Source: Escherichia phage vB_EcoM_VR7
DNA length: 64,000 nucleotides
Sequence record: NC_014792.1
Strand: one strand, 5' to 3'
Shown piece after piece: positions 44,424 to 55,632 of this stretch. How positions within the stretch are numbered: position 1 is the stretch's first letter; each line of letters opens with the position of its first letter. The position numbers and the translations under genes are program-made. Below the pieces are notes generated by a model. The model saw nothing but the letters and a program-made list of their open reading frames with translations, had not been told where the DNA came from and ran no database searches.

Positions 44424-47400
44424 ATGGCCGATATTTTAAAACCAGCATTCAGAGCAACATCCGGTCTCGATGCTGCTGGTGAGAAAGTCATTAATGTCGC
44501 TAAAGCTGATTACTCAGTTTTGTCAGACGGCGTGAACGTAAACTTCTTTATAGAAGAAAACACAATTCAACAATATGATGCAACACGCGGATATAAGAAA
44601 GATTTTGCAGTTATTTATGATAACCGTATTTGGGTTTCCCAACGCGAAATCGCAGAACCAGCAGGCTCATTTGTTCAGCAATATTGGACTGCAACCCGTA
44701 CTGACCCGAAATGGGAAACTGTTGCATCACCGACTCGTCAGCTTAATTCCGGGGAATTTATCGCGGTCGACTCAGCTGCAAGCTTTACCACATTTACATT
44801 GCCTCCGAACCCGACTGATGGTGATACCATCGTTATTAAAGATATCGGCGGCAATACCGGTTATAATGAAATCAAAGTTCAATCTAGCAATGTGCCGGGG
44901 CAAGGTAACCAAAAAATTGTTCGTTTTGGTAATCAGTATTCAGAAGTTTTAATTACCAAACCGTTCTCTTATAACATGCTTATTTTCTCCAACCGTTTAT
45001 GGCAGTTCTGGGAAGCAGGGAACGAAGAACGTGGAATAAGAATTGAACCAAGCTCTGGTAAATATCGTGCTCAGGCTGCAGACTTTATTATGCGCCGCTA
45101 CACGACTGCAGAGAAGATTACATTTGTTCTTCCTAAGTATGCTAACCAAGGTGATATTGTCAAATCGGTAGATATAGATGGATTAGGGCCATTATATCAC
45201 CTGGATGTTGAAACGTTTGACGAGTCAAGCTCTCTGGGTAAACAGGGACAGCACAGTATGGAATTCCGTACAACTGGTGATGGCTTCTTCGTTTATAATG
45301 CCACTGAAAAACTGTGGGTGACTTGGGATGGTGATAACAAAACTCGCCTGCGTGTAATCCGTGACAGTGTGAAATTGCTGCCAAACGAAAGCATTATCGT
45401 ATTTGGTAATGATAACAGCACTCCACAGACAATTAACATCGACCTTCCAACGGGTGTTCGTCCTGGGGACGTAGTTAAGATTGCTCTGAACTATCTTCGC
45501 AAGGCACAGACTGTTAATATTAAGGCCACCGCGCTTGATAAAATCGCGTCTTCTGTTCAGCTGCTTCAGTTCCCGAAACGTTCGGAATATCCACCTGACA
45601 CTGAATGGGTATTGGTTGACTCTTTGACTTTCAATGGCAACATAAGTTATACGCCGGTTATCGAATTAAGTTATCTTGAAGATACGGTTAAGAACATTAA
45701 CTATTGGGTTGTTGCACAAAACGTTCCGACTGTTGAGCGTGTTGACTCAAAAGATGATTTGACCCGAGCTCGTCTGGGTGTTATTGCACTGGCTAACCAG
45801 GCTCAGGTTAACGTTGACCATGAAAATAACCCTGAAAAAGAATTAGCAATTACCCCGCAAACTTTAGCTAACCGTGTGGCTACTGAATCACGCCGCGGTA
45901 TTGCACGAATCGCTAACACAGCACAGGTTAACCAGGATACGACTTTTGCTTTCCAGGATGATATTATCGTTTCTCCGAAAAAGTTAAACGAACGTACAGC
46001 TACAGAAACAAGACGTGGGCTCGCAGAAATCGCCACACAGCAAGAAACTGATGCAGGTATAGATGATACCACAATCATCACTCCACGCAAGCTACAAGCT
46101 CGCCAGGGCTCCGAAAGCTTATCGGGTATTGTCAAGTATGTTCCTACTACTGGGACTACTCCAGCTGCAAGTCGTATAACTGTTGGGACTAACGTTTATA
46201 ATAAGAACACAACTAATTTAGTTATTTCTCCTAAAGCTTTAGACCAATATAAAGCTGACCAGAATAACCAAGGTGCTGTATATCTAGCAACTCAGTCAGA
46301 AGTTAACGCAGGGGCAACAAATACAGGATTCAGTAACTCGGCAGTAACTCCTGAAACATTAGGTGCTCGCAGAGCAACAGATTCAAACCACGGTTTAATC
46401 GAGATTGCAACTCAGGTTGAAACTAATGCCGGTACTGATTATACCAGAGCTGTAACTCCTAAAACGTTGAATGACCGTAAAGCAACAGAATCATTATCCG
46501 GCATAGCCGAGATTGCTACGCAATCAGAATTTGATACTGGAACTGATGATACTCGTATTGCAACGCCATTAAAAATTAAAACTAGATTTAATAATACTGC
46601 TCGTACTTCTGTTATTGCAGCAAGTGGTTTAGTAGAAACAGGGACGCTCTGGGACCATTATACGCTGAATATTCTTGAAGCAAATGAGACTCAACGTGGC
46701 ACCGCAAGACTGGCTACTCAGTTGGAAGTAAACACGGGTACTGACGATAAAACAATCGTTACTCCGCTTAAGTTGATGTCGAAAAAAGCTACAGAAGGCA
46801 CCGAAGGTATTGTTCGCATCGCTACTCGCGCAGAAACCATCGCAGGAACAAGTTCAGTTCTGGCTGTTTCTCCGGTAAGTCTGAAATGGATTGTACAGTC
46901 CGAACCAACATGGGCAGCAACCACGACGACACGCGGCTTTGTTAAGATGTCTGAAGGCGCAATTACTTTTGTCGGTAATGCAACCGCAGGTTCCACTCAG
47001 GCTCTTGACCTGTACGAGAAAAATAGCTATGCTATTTCGCCATACGAGTTAAACAAAACCCTTGGTAACTTCCTGCCGCGTTTGGCAAAAGCGGTAGACT
47101 CTGATAAATTGGACAACCTGGACAGTACGCAGTTCGTTCGTCGTGATGTAGCCCAGGATATTAACGCTGCTATGACATTTAAACAGCCTGTAAGAATTGA
47201 AAGTACTTTAACCGTTACAGGTGTGGTTAATTTGAGTGGTTCTATTACTTCAAATAATACTACATTAACCGGTTCTACTACAATCAATAGCAATTCTACA
47301 GTAGGTGCTCTGAATTACATTGAGTTTACTTCAGAATCTCAAGGCTCCGGTACTTGGAACTCCCAACATGATAGTAATGTTAAAGCTCCTGTATTTTTAA

Positions 47401-48299
47401 ATATAACTACTCCGGTAGGCTCATCTAGATATGTTCCTTTAATTAAGCAACGTTATAAAGATGGGACATTTACCTTTGGTACATTGATAAATGAACCCAC
47501 CTCAAATGATGAGGGTGCTTTTATTCTTCACTATATAGATGCGGTAAAACCCCAGCGCAAATGGACCTTTAGACGTAACGGCGATTTAGAAATAACTGCA
47601 GGTAATTTCGTTCTTGGTAATGGGTCTGCTATAATTAACGGGGGTCTTAGTGTTACTAAAGCTTCAGGTATCACAACCACCGGGCTAGTTGCTAATAGTG
47701 AATCTAGATTCGAAGGCGCTGTTACTATTAACAACTTCCTTACGGTAAGCAACAAAGCTACACTTAACAACGGCTTAGCTGTTCAGAAATATGCAAGGGT
47801 TGCAGGAGATAAGACTTCTGATATCTATAGTAGAAAACCTACAATGGATACCGCAGGTTTTTGGTCTGTTGACATTAATGATTCAGCCACATATAATCAG
47901 TTCCCGGGTTATTTCAAAATGGTTGAAAAGACCAACGAAGTAACTGGTCTGCCTTATTTGGAGCGTGGTGAAGAAGTTAAATCACCGGGTACATTAACTC
48001 AGTTTGGTAACACACTGAATTCACTCTATCAAGATTGGATTACTTATCCGAATACGACCACGGCAAGCACCACTCGCTGGACTCGTACATGGCAGCAGAA
48101 CAAAAATGCATGGTCTGGTTTTGTTCAGGTCTTTGATGGTGGTAACCCACCGCAGCCTTCGGATATCGGTGCATTGCCTGCTGATAACGCTTCGATGAGC
48201 AACCTGACTATCAGAGATTGGTTAAGAATCGGTAACGTACGTATTGTTCCGGACCCAGTAACTAAATCCGTTAAATTCGAATGGATTGATACACCATAA
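44424..48299 (+). CDS. 34: long tail fibre proximal subunit gp34
   Basis: 1291 aa; long stretches near-identical to T4 gp34 (SSVQLLQFPKRSEYPP, ATETRRGIARIA repeats, C-terminal FVQVFDGGNPPQPSDIGALP). Confidence 0.95.
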   Translation: MADILKPAFRATSGLDAAGEKVINVAKADYSVLSDGVNVNFFIEENTIQQYDATRGYKKDFAVIYDNRIWVSQREIAEPAGSFVQQYWTATRTDPKWETVASPTRQLNSGEFIAVDSAASFTTFTLPPNPTDGDTIVIKDIGGNTGYNEIKVQSSNVPGQGNQKIVRFGNQYSEVLITKPFSYNMLIFSNRLWQFWEAGNEERGIRIEPSSGKYRAQAADFIMRRYTTAEKITFVLPKYANQGDIVKSVDIDGLGPLYHLDVETFDESSSLGKQGQHSMEFRTTGDGFFVYNATEKLWVTWDGDNKTRLRVIRDSVKLLPNESIIVFGNDNSTPQTINIDLPTGVRPGDVVKIALNYLRKAQTVNIKATALDKIASSVQLLQFPKRSEYPPDTEWVLVDSLTFNGNISYTPVIELSYLEDTVKNINYWVVAQNVPTVERVDSKDDLTRARLGVIALANQAQVNVDHENNPEKELAITPQTLANRVATESRRGIARIANTAQVNQDTTFAFQDDIIVSPKKLNERTATETRRGLAEIATQQETDAGIDDTTIITPRKLQARQGSESLSGIVKYVPTTGTTPAASRITVGTNVYNKNTTNLVISPKALDQYKADQNNQGAVYLATQSEVNAGATNTGFSNSAVTPETLGARRATDSNHGLIEIATQVETNAGTDYTRAVTPKTLNDRKATESLSGIAEIATQSEFDTGTDDTRIATPLKIKTRFNNTARTSVIAASGLVETGTLWDHYTLNILEANETQRGTARLATQLEVNTGTDDKTIVTPLKLMSKKATEGTEGIVRIATRAETIAGTSSVLAVSPVSLKWIVQSEPTWAATTTTRGFVKMSEGAITFVGNATAGSTQALDLYEKNSYAISPYELNKTLGNFLPRLAKAVDSDKLDNLDSTQFVRRDVAQDINAAMTFKQPVRIESTLTVTGVVNLSGSITSNNTTLTGSTTINSNSTVGALNYIEFTSESQGSGTWNSQHDSNVKAPVFLNITTPVGSSRYVPLIKQRYKDGTFTFGTLINEPTSNDEGAFILHYIDAVKPQRKWTFRRNGDLEITAGNFVLGNGSAIINGGLSVTKASGITTTGLVANSESRFEGAVTINNFLTVSNKATLNNGLAVQKYARVAGDKTSDIYSRKPTMDTAGFWSVDINDSATYNQFPGYFKMVEKTNEVTGLPYLERGEEVKSPGTLTQFGNTLNSLYQDWITYPNTTTASTTRWTRTWQQNKNAWSGFVQVFDGGNPPQPSDIGALPADNASMSNLTIRDWLRIGNVRIVPDPVTKSVKFEWIDTP

Positions 48300-48307
48300 G
48301 AGGTATT

Positions 48308-49444
48308 ATGGAAAAATTTATGGCTGAATTTGGACAGGGATATGTCCAGGTTCCCGTGCTTTCTGAAAATAACGCAGTAAGATATAAATTGTCGATTGCA
48401 GGGACTTGTACTAAATCGCCAAACTATCCCTACGTTAAGTTTCAAGATGAGGCCTTCGGGCCTCAGAACTTCCAGAATGGATTAAACCTTATTGAAATCG
48501 ACCCGGTAACAAATACAATTACAGCAACCAAAAACTATGGTTTCACAAAGGATTATGATGTAATTTCACAAGCTTTTGTGACTTACATTAATTCAATCCC
48601 GGCTGGTAGAATTGTTTGTTTGATATCACAGGGTAAATTAAATGCATCACAGACTTTAATAAATTGGTTTCGTACCCATGGTTCGACTGCATTCCCAGAT
48701 AAGTGGTTAATCGACCAGGTTGACACATCTTATGCAGCCTTTTATATCTCAGGTCGAAATGCAATCGTTAAAGAACATGTGCTGTATAATGATGGGGTAA
48801 CTGTTGAGGATGTATTGACTCCATTGGAAATGGTGTACGACGACTTTGCTGATGTGGGTGGCACAGGCTTCCCTGTACGAGTCGTGGAAGACGAAAATAC
48901 ATATTACAATAATGTTACACAAGAAATAAAACGCTTCCCCACAGACGACCCTATCACTCCTGTGGCCGCATATAATATGGCTCCTGGTGATACATTTTAT
49001 CTGAAGTTTCAATTGACATATGACCAGGCCCTTAAAGACCTTGGGACAACTCAAATGTCTGTACGATTCTTTACTGGTCAGACAATGATTCAGTCAAATG
49101 ATTATGATATCCCGGCGACTGGTCAGGCAAGTCCGCCAGCTGGTGCATGGATGACGTTTGAACGTTATGTAGTTGTTCCACCGAATGCTGATGGATTTAC
49201 ATTATATGCAAGGAAGACTGTAACCGCAGGTCAGGGTGGAGTAAGGAATATTTTCTTCACAGAAATAGCGAGACAAGAAACTCAAGCCAAATCTGCTGAA
49301 ATCGGTGTCAACGGTATAAGAATGGTTGTTGCCGGAGAACCAGGTAATATGGGTAATGTCATTGCACAATTGAATGATAAAAATGCAACAAGGTCCAGTC
49401 AAGCTGGATTCGTATTTGCGGCTGAATTCAGAGAAAAACAATAA
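48308..49444 (+). CDS. 35: long tail fibre hinge protein gp35
   Basis: 378 aa; T4 gp35 position and size. Confidence 0.75.
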   Translation: MEKFMAEFGQGYVQVPVLSENNAVRYKLSIAGTCTKSPNYPYVKFQDEAFGPQNFQNGLNLIEIDPVTNTITATKNYGFTKDYDVISQAFVTYINSIPAGRIVCLISQGKLNASQTLINWFRTHGSTAFPDKWLIDQVDTSYAAFYISGRNAIVKEHVLYNDGVTVEDVLTPLEMVYDDFADVGGTGFPVRVVEDENTYYNNVTQEIKRFPTDDPITPVAAYNMAPGDTFYLKFQLTYDQALKDLGTTQMSVRFFTGQTMIQSNDYDIPATGQASPPAGAWMTFERYVVVPPNADGFTLYARKTVTAGQGGVRNIFFTEIARQETQAKSAEIGVNGIRMVVAGEPGNMGNVIAQLNDKNATRSSQAGFVFAAEFREKQ

Positions 49445-49467
49445 GGGCCTTCGGGTCCTTTTTTCGT
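49445..49467 (+). terminator. Hairpin terminator after gene 35
   Basis: GGGCCTTCGGGTCC hairpin followed by TTTTTT. Confidence 0.55.
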
Positions 49468-49475
49468 TATAAATA
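49468..49475 (+). promoter_or_regulatory. Late promoter (TATAAATA) for genes 36-37-38
   Basis: Exact TATAAATA 25 nt before the gene 36 ATG. Confidence 0.65.
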
Positions 49476-49500
49476 CTCCTATCTAATAAGGGGAACTAAT

Positions 49501-50160
49501 ATGGCCGATTTAAGAGTAGGCTCAACGACTGGCGGGTCAGTAATATGGCACCAGGGTAATTTTCCGTTGACGCCGGTTAGCAACGATGTTTTTTACAAAA
49601 CATACAAAGTATACACAGAATTCAATAAACCACAAGCAGCAGATAACGACTTTGTTTCTAAAGCAGCAGGTGGGACATATCTGAACACTGTAGGGTTTGA
49701 TAAAGATTTACAGTTTAAAGACACCGATGGGTATTGGGTTAAATTAGGACGTAAAGTAAACAACTCCCCAATGTCTGCTACATATTCTTTCTCTTTTAGA
49801 ATGAGTAAAGGAATGGGCCTTGAGACATCTGATGGTACTCCGTTTGTAATTTTTGACCCGACTACTGTTGTAGGTGCAAACCGTCTTACTGTAATGGGCG
49901 ATATCCTTGGTCGTCAAATTAAAGACGAATCAGGTCGAGTGTTTTCTCCAGGGAATACTCCGTCAAAAGCACAAGTTGGCTTGAGTGATGTGGATAACGC
50001 CAAACAGGTCCAAATAAATAATAGTAACATACAATCAATGGCTGGTGTTCTTTCAGCCCCAAATTTTATATCTAGGAACCCAGGTACGTTGAACGAACAC
50101 GTTCCTCGTATTGACCAGGTTGTTCTTAGAGGTACATACGAAGATTTTGGATATTATTAA
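49501..50160 (+). CDS. 36: long tail fibre distal connector gp36
   Basis: 219 aa; N- and C-termini match T4 gp36 ([22 protein letters not shown]; C-terminal DFGYY). Confidence 0.9.
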   Translation: MADLRVGSTTGGSVIWHQGNFPLTPVSNDVFYKTYKVYTEFNKPQAADNDFVSKAAGGTYLNTVGFDKDLQFKDTDGYWVKLGRKVNNSPMSATYSFSFRMSKGMGLETSDGTPFVIFDPTTVVGANRLTVMGDILGRQIKDESGRVFSPGNTPSKAQVGLSDVDNAKQVQINNSNIQSMAGVLSAPNFISRNPGTLNEHVPRIDQVVLRGTYEDFGYY

Positions 50161-50168
50161 GAGGCAAT

Positions 50169-53100
50169 ATGGCTACTTTAAAAGCGATACAATTTAAAAG
50201 AAGTAAGACAGCTGGTGCCAAGCCTACTGTAGACCAGTTGGTTGAAGGTGAACTGGCTATTAACTTACGCGACCGTACTATTTTTACCAAGTCTGACCAG
50301 AACCAGATTATTGACCTTGGTTTTGCTAAAGGTGGTCAGGTTGACGGCAACGTTACTATTAACGGACTTTTGACCCTTAATGGCGATTACACCCAAACTG
50401 GTGGGATGCAAGTAACTGGTGATATTTACTCTGGTGCAGGCGTTAGCGCCTTAGTTTATCGAGCAAGAAATGGCTCTTTTTATTCAAGAGCATCAAATGA
50501 GACGTCTAACGCCCACATGTGGTTTGAAAATGCAAATGGTTCTGAACGTGGTGTTTTATATGCCAAACCACAGCTTGAAAATGAAGGTACTATTACCATG
50601 CGAGTTAAGCAGGGTACAGCAGCAGGTGCCGGCAATATAGAATTCCATTTTATTTCTTCAGGTGGTGGTATTTTTCAGGCCCCTATTTTAAAGGCTACGA
50701 CATCTATCACCACTCCTACTATTACGGTTAACCTGGTCAATCATGATTTCAAAGCGTTTGGTCAATACGACAGTCAGTCTTTAGTTAACTATGTTTATCC
50801 TGGAACCGGCGAAACGAATGGTGTAAACTATCTTCGTAAAGTTCGCGCTAAGTCCGGTGGCACTATGTGGCATGAGCTTTGTACTGCTCAATTAGGCCAA
50901 GCTGATGAAATTTCTTGGTGGACAGGTAATACTCCACAGTCAAAACAGTATGGTATTCGTAACGACGGACGAATGGCCGGCCGTAATAGCCTTGCATTAG
51001 GTACATTCACTGAAGGTTTCCCATCTAGTGATTATGGTAGCTTCGGTGCAATGGGCGATAAGTATCTTGTTCTCGGTGACATTGCAACTGGTCTGAAATA
51101 TATCAAACAAGGTAATTTTGATTTAGTTGGCGGCGGATATTCTGTTGCGTCAATTACCACAGACGGGTTCCGTGGCACAAGTAAAACCTTATTTGGCCGT
51201 AGTAATGACCAAGGTTTAACATGGCTTCTTCCCGGCCAAAACTCCTCAATGGTTTCAATTCGTACAGAAATTGATGGTAATAACTCCGGTGACGGACAAA
51301 CCCACCTTGGTTATAACAGTAATGGTAAACTTTATCACTATTTTCGTGGTACAGGTCGTGTAGCTATTTCAATGGCTGAGGGGCTTATTGTTGAGCCAGG
51401 AATTTTAGATATTAAAACCGGTTCCAATGGCGTTGCTATTAGAGCGGACGGAACAGTATCTTCAATACAAAGAATTAAATTTGATAACGGATTAGTTCTT
51501 ACTGGTGCTAGACCCGACGGTATTCAACTTGACGCTCCTACAGCAGCAGATGGCACTAAAACTATACTGTGGGCTGGTGGTACTCGCACAGGTCAGAATA
51601 AAAGTTATGTATCTATTAAAGCGTGGGGTAATTCATTTAATGCCACTGGTGATAAATCTCGTGAATCTGTTTTCGAGGTTGCTGATGGTAACGGTTATTA
51701 TTTTTATGCTCAACGCGTAGCTCCTACTGGTGTTGAAACGGTTGGTCCTGTGGTTATGCAATTAGCGGGTAGTTTATTGGCCCGTGGTACATTAAACACT
51801 GATAGCAATCTTTATGTGAAAGGATTGAGTACACATGAAGGTGCTGTGACCATGAATAATGGTCTTCGCTTAGTCGGTGGTTCTTCTATTACCGGCCAAG
51901 TTAAAATCGGCGGAACTGCTAATGCATTAAGAATTTGGAATGCCGAATACGGTGCTATTTTCCGTCGTTCTGAAAGTAACTTTTATATTGTTCCAACCAA
52001 TCAAAATGAAGGCGAAAGTGGAGACATTCACAGCTCTTTAAGACCAGTGAGAATAGGATTAAGCGATGGTGCAGTTGGGTTAGGAAGAGATTCTTTTATA
52101 GTAGATCAAAATAATGCTTTAACTACGATAAACAGTAACTCTCGCATTAATGCTAACTTTAGAATGCAATTAGGACAATCCGCTTATATTGATGCTGAAT
52201 GTACTAACACAGTTAGCCCGGCTGGTGCAGGGACTTTTGCTTCACAAAATAATGAAAACGTTCGTGCTCCATTCTATATGAATATTAATCGTACAGATAC
52301 AAGTACTTACGTTCCTATTTTGAAACAACGATATGTCCAAGGAAACAGTTGTTATTCTCTGGGAACTCTACTTAACGGCGGTAACTTCAGAGTTCATTAT
52401 CATGAAGGCGGCGACAATGATTCAACAGGCCCTTTAGTTAAATACTATGGGTGGGAATTCAATAGAACAGGCGATTTTATTTCCCCTGGTAAATTAGGTG
52501 CTGGTGCGGTTCGTATTGGTACTGACGGTAATATTACAGGTGGTTCTGGCAACTTTGCTAACTTGAACAGTACAATCGAATCGCTTAAAATCGATATTGT
52601 ATCAAGCTATCCAATTGGTGCCCCTATTCCATGGCCAACAGATACTCCTCCTGCTGGTTATGCTTTAATGACGGGTCAAACCTTTGATACCGGAGCTTAT
52701 CCTAAACTGGCTGTTGCGTATCCTAGTGGGGTTATTCCGGATATGCGTGGACAAACTATCAAAGGTAAACCAAGTGGTCGAGCTGTGTTGAGTGCGGAAG
52801 CTGATGGTATTAAGTCTCACAACCATGGCGGCTCTGTTGCGAGTACTGATTTAGGTACTAAGACCACCTCATCATTTGATTATGGTACTAAGACCACCTC
52901 ATCATTTGATTATGGTACTAAAACCAGTAACACAACAGGTAACCATAACCATAGCGTTAGTGGTACTACTAGCTCGGCTGGTGCTCATACCCATACACTT
53001 ACATTTCATAATGGCGCTTCCAGCGGTGGTTCTGTGGTCGGTGCAAGTCCTTCCGATTATACGGCAAAAACTACAACTACTAGTTCAGCCGGTGCTCATA

Positions 53101-53309
53101 CTCATACTTGGTCAGGTACTACCAACACTACCGGTAACCATGCCCACACCGTTGGTATTGGTGCTCATAGCCATTCGGTCGGCATTGGTGCTCATACGCA
53201 CACAGTAGCAATCGGGTCCCACGGTCATGGTCTTACCATAAATAGTACAGGTAATACAGAAAACACGGTTAAAAACATTGCTTTTAACTATATCGTTCGT
53301 TTAGCATAA
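50169..53309 (+). CDS. 37: long tail fibre distal subunit gp37 (receptor-binding tip)
   Basis: 1046 aa; N-terminal, central and C-terminal blocks near-identical to T4 gp37, including His-box motifs ([21 protein letters not shown]) and terminal [11 protein letters not shown]. Confidence 0.95.
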   Translation: MATLKAIQFKRSKTAGAKPTVDQLVEGELAINLRDRTIFTKSDQNQIIDLGFAKGGQVDGNVTINGLLTLNGDYTQTGGMQVTGDIYSGAGVSALVYRARNGSFYSRASNETSNAHMWFENANGSERGVLYAKPQLENEGTITMRVKQGTAAGAGNIEFHFISSGGGIFQAPILKATTSITTPTITVNLVNHDFKAFGQYDSQSLVNYVYPGTGETNGVNYLRKVRAKSGGTMWHELCTAQLGQADEISWWTGNTPQSKQYGIRNDGRMAGRNSLALGTFTEGFPSSDYGSFGAMGDKYLVLGDIATGLKYIKQGNFDLVGGGYSVASITTDGFRGTSKTLFGRSNDQGLTWLLPGQNSSMVSIRTEIDGNNSGDGQTHLGYNSNGKLYHYFRGTGRVAISMAEGLIVEPGILDIKTGSNGVAIRADGTVSSIQRIKFDNGLVLTGARPDGIQLDAPTAADGTKTILWAGGTRTGQNKSYVSIKAWGNSFNATGDKSRESVFEVADGNGYYFYAQRVAPTGVETVGPVVMQLAGSLLARGTLNTDSNLYVKGLSTHEGAVTMNNGLRLVGGSSITGQVKIGGTANALRIWNAEYGAIFRRSESNFYIVPTNQNEGESGDIHSSLRPVRIGLSDGAVGLGRDSFIVDQNNALTTINSNSRINANFRMQLGQSAYIDAECTNTVSPAGAGTFASQNNENVRAPFYMNINRTDTSTYVPILKQRYVQGNSCYSLGTLLNGGNFRVHYHEGGDNDSTGPLVKYYGWEFNRTGDFISPGKLGAGAVRIGTDGNITGGSGNFANLNSTIESLKIDIVSSYPIGAPIPWPTDTPPAGYALMTGQTFDTGAYPKLAVAYPSGVIPDMRGQTIKGKPSGRAVLSAEADGIKSHNHGGSVASTDLGTKTTSSFDYGTKTTSSFDYGTKTSNTTGNHNHSVSGTTSSAGAHTHTLTFHNGASSGGSVVGASPSDYTAKTTTTSSAGAHTHTWSGTTNTTGNHAHTVGIGAHSHSVGIGAHTHTVAIGSHGHGLTINSTGNTENTVKNIAFNYIVRLA
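52854..52913 (+). repeat. Perfect 30 bp tandem duplication in the gp37 tip region (encodes [10 protein letters not shown] twice)
   Basis: ggtactaagaccacctcatcatttgattat occurs twice back to back, followed by a degenerate partial copy. Confidence 0.85.
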
Positions 53310-53336
53310 GGAGAGGGGCTTCGGCCCCTTCTGAAT

Positions 53337-53882
53337 ATGAAAATTTATCACTTTTATTTTGACACAAAAGAATTTTACAAAGAAGAAAATTATAAACCCA
53401 TTAAAGGTCTTGGTCTTCCTGCTCATTCAACAATTAAAAAACCTTTAGAACCTAAAGAAGGTTTCGCTGTTATATTTGATGAACGCACTCAAGACTGGAT
53501 TTATGAAGAAGACCATCGAGGCAAACGTGCATGGACTTTTAATAAAGAAGAAATCTTAATAAATGACATAGGAAGTCCGATTGGTATAACTTTCGATAAA
53601 CCTGGTGAGTTTGATATATGGACAGATGATGGCTGGAAAGAAGACGAAACATATAAACGAGTAATGATTCGTAATCGGAAAATCGAGGGGTTTTATAAAG
53701 AATTCCAGGTATTAAGTAATATGGTTGAAGCCTCTGTTGCTGATAAGAAAGAAAAATTCTATCACCAGAATCTTAAACGTTTCTTTGCTCTTTTAGAAAA
53801 ACACGAACACTTAGGTGGTGAATTTCCGGCTTGGCCAGAGAAAGAGAAAAAATCCTTTTTCAAAAGATTGTTTAAAAAATAA
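53337..53882 (+). CDS. 38: gp38 tail fibre assembly chaperone (T4-type)
   Basis: 181 aa; near-identical to T4 gp38 (MKIYH.YFDTKEFYKEENYKP.KGLGLPAHSTIKKPLEPKEG). Confidence 0.9.
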   Translation: MKIYHFYFDTKEFYKEENYKPIKGLGLPAHSTIKKPLEPKEGFAVIFDERTQDWIYEEDHRGKRAWTFNKEEILINDIGSPIGITFDKPGEFDIWTDDGWKEDETYKRVMIRNRKIEGFYKEFQVLSNMVEASVADKKEKFYHQNLKRFFALLEKHEHLGGEFPAWPEKEKKSFFKRLFKK

Positions 53883-53896
53883 TAACGCAAAAGCAT

Positions 53897-53904
53897 TATA
53901 AATA
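53897..53904 (+). promoter_or_regulatory. Late promoter (TATAAATA) for holin gene t
   Basis: Exact TATAAATA 19 nt before the t ATG, with AAGGAG RBS. Confidence 0.65.
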
Positions 53905-53922
53905 TCTTTAAAGGAGAAAAGT

Positions 53923-54576
53923 ATGGAACCAAAAGTAGGAATCTCAATTCCCGACCTACTTTTTGGACTTCTTGATAGAATTTTTAAAGATAATGCAACC
54001 GGGAAAGTTGTTTTTTCCCGGGTACTAGTTATTGTTCTATTATTTTTAATGGCGGTAATCTGGTATAAAGGTGATGCAATTTTAGATGCGTATAGGGATG
54101 CTTCATATGCCTCGTACACAGAAATGATAAGGCAAGACCAGGATAACAGATTTAAAATTGCAGCTATCGAGCAAATCCAGATAGTTCACTCATCAAGCGG
54201 AGCAGACTTTACAGCGATATATTCCTTTAGACCCACTAACCTTAACTACTTCGTGGATATGGTGGGGTATGAGGGGATATTACCTGAATCAGTTGACGAA
54301 AAAAATTTGGGTGGGTTTCCAATAGATAAGACTTCAGCGGAATATTTGGCGGGGGTTAATGGTAATTATTTTGAATCTGGTACGGAATCTGTATTCTTAC
54401 CAACAAAGAAAAAAAGCAGCTTCGCATATATGTTCAGCTGCCCATTCTTTAATTTGGAAAACGTTTATGCTGGCACGGTTTCGCTGTACTGGTATAAGCA
54501 AAAACCCGACCTTGGTTTTGATAGACTTTCTGCTATGTGTGGACAAGCAGGTCGTACGCTCGGGCGTACACGTTAG
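53923..54576 (+). CDS. t: holin T
   Basis: 217 aa; strong match to T4 holin (LLFGLLDRIFKDNATGKV, single TMD, large periplasmic domain). Confidence 0.9.
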   Translation: MEPKVGISIPDLLFGLLDRIFKDNATGKVVFSRVLVIVLLFLMAVIWYKGDAILDAYRDASYASYTEMIRQDQDNRFKIAAIEQIQIVHSSSGADFTAIYSFRPTNLNYFVDMVGYEGILPESVDEKNLGGFPIDKTSAEYLAGVNGNYFESGTESVFLPTKKKSSFAYMFSCPFFNLENVYAGTVSLYWYKQKPDLGFDRLSAMCGQAGRTLGRTR

Positions 54577-54848
54577 AATCCGGAGGTATACATCATCAGA
54601 TATCGGTGTATATCTTCGAATCCTTCGTTAAATTGTTCAATGATTTGTTCAATTTCATCTTCAGATAAACTTTTAAACAACTTGTTAAACGATACATTGT
54701 TTAACTCATTCCCATTCTCATTCCTCAATCCCAACTCATTCAAAAACGCGATAAACACATCACGCTTCATCGTAATATCTTCCCGGTCGGTTTTAATCAA
54801 AATAGATGTAACGGTAACAATTTCAGAAACGATTTCAAATTTAGTCAT
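54573..54848 (-). CDS. asiA: AsiA anti-sigma70 factor
   Basis: 91 aa; match to T4 AsiA (EIVTVTSILIK..REDI...R..FIAFLNE.G; C-terminal DEFNEGFE..YRYL.MYT). Confidence 0.85.
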   Translation of the reverse strand: MTKFEIVSEIVTVTSILIKTDREDITMKRDVFIAFLNELGLRNENGNELNNVSFNKLFKSLSEDEIEQIIEQFNEGFEDIHRYLMMYTSGF

Positions 54849-54906
54849 TTTATTTTACTCAAGTATTCAATAAGACATTCAATTATTCAGTAAGGATATT
54901 GTACTA

Positions 54907-55071
54907 TTATTCCTCTGGGTTGTACACATGATTTTCCATGTGTACAGCATATTCCTGATACATATCTTCAATTGGTTCCTGGAACTTAAAATCAGCTCCA
55001 AGAAATTCCTCAAAGCAAGCCTGCTCGCGTGTACGCTGACCAGTGATGGTGTTCTCTAAGTTATGACTCAT
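54907..55071 (-). CDS. small acidic protein (54 aa), not in the ORF track
   Basis: MSHNLENTITGQRTREQACFEEFLGADFKFQEPIEDMYQEYAVHMENHVYNPEE; weak RBS; between asiA and motA. Confidence 0.3.
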   Translation of the reverse strand: MSHNLENTITGQRTREQACFEEFLGADFKFQEPIEDMYQEYAVHMENHVYNPEE

Positions 55072-55172
55072 AGCCTTTACCCTTATGTTTCTGTTTACGA
55101 GTTGACTCTTTAAAGTTTTTCTTCTTGTCCTTATGGACAGAAGCCTTATTGAAATCGTGCTTAGCTACTAGA

Positions 55173-55370
55173 TTATTCATAATGTGCAATTACCTCTCTT
55201 AAACATCCACCTGTAAGACTGAAACGCTTGGCTACCCCACACTCAATGATATGTTCTGAAAGCATATTCACATCAGTATAACCCAGCTCGACGATGAAGT
55301 ATTTTATAGTTTCCTTATCACGAGAATTTAAACTATTGAAATACTCTGATTTTGAATTAAGAGTCTTCAT
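55173..55370 (-). CDS. hypothetical protein
   Basis: 65 aa ORF. Confidence 0.4.
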   Translation of the reverse strand: MKTLNSKSEYFNSLNSRDKETIKYFIVELGYTDVNMLSEHIIECGVAKRFSLTGGCLREVIAHYE

Positions 55371-55632
55371 GTAATTTCCTTAATTGATATTCTAAAGAGC
55401 TAATAATTTCTTTATTAGTTGCTATATACATATCACGCAGGAAAGGCTTCAATCCTACCATGCTTTCATAAAATGTCTTAGAACTAATATCCTTTATATA
55501 TTCGTGGTCTAAAGCATCCCAGGCGGGTTGGTTAACATAAGTTCCCCAGTTATCTTCCATCATAGCATTCAGACGTTTGATATGATTAATATGACCTTCG
55601 ATTGCATCAATTTGGAGTTGTTTAAGGTTCAT
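55357..55632 (-). CDS. hypothetical protein
   Basis: 91 aa ORF, 1 nt start/stop overlap with the upstream ORF. Confidence 0.4.
   Translation of the reverse strand: MNLKQLQIDAIEGHINHIKRLNAMMEDNWGTYVNQPAWDALDHEYIKDISSKTFYESMVGLKPFLRDMYIATNKEIISSLEYQLRKLHEDS

Noticed and set aside
45160-53208. Multiple short minus-strand and alternate-frame ORFs inside genes 34 and 37
   Set aside because: All lie within long, well-supported tail fibre CDSs; repeat-rich sequence gives open alternate frames.
53310-53336. GGGGCTTCGGCCCC hairpin between genes 37 and 38 as a terminator
   Set aside because: No T-tract follows, and gene 38 must be co-expressed with 37. It is more likely an mRNA stability element or coincidental.
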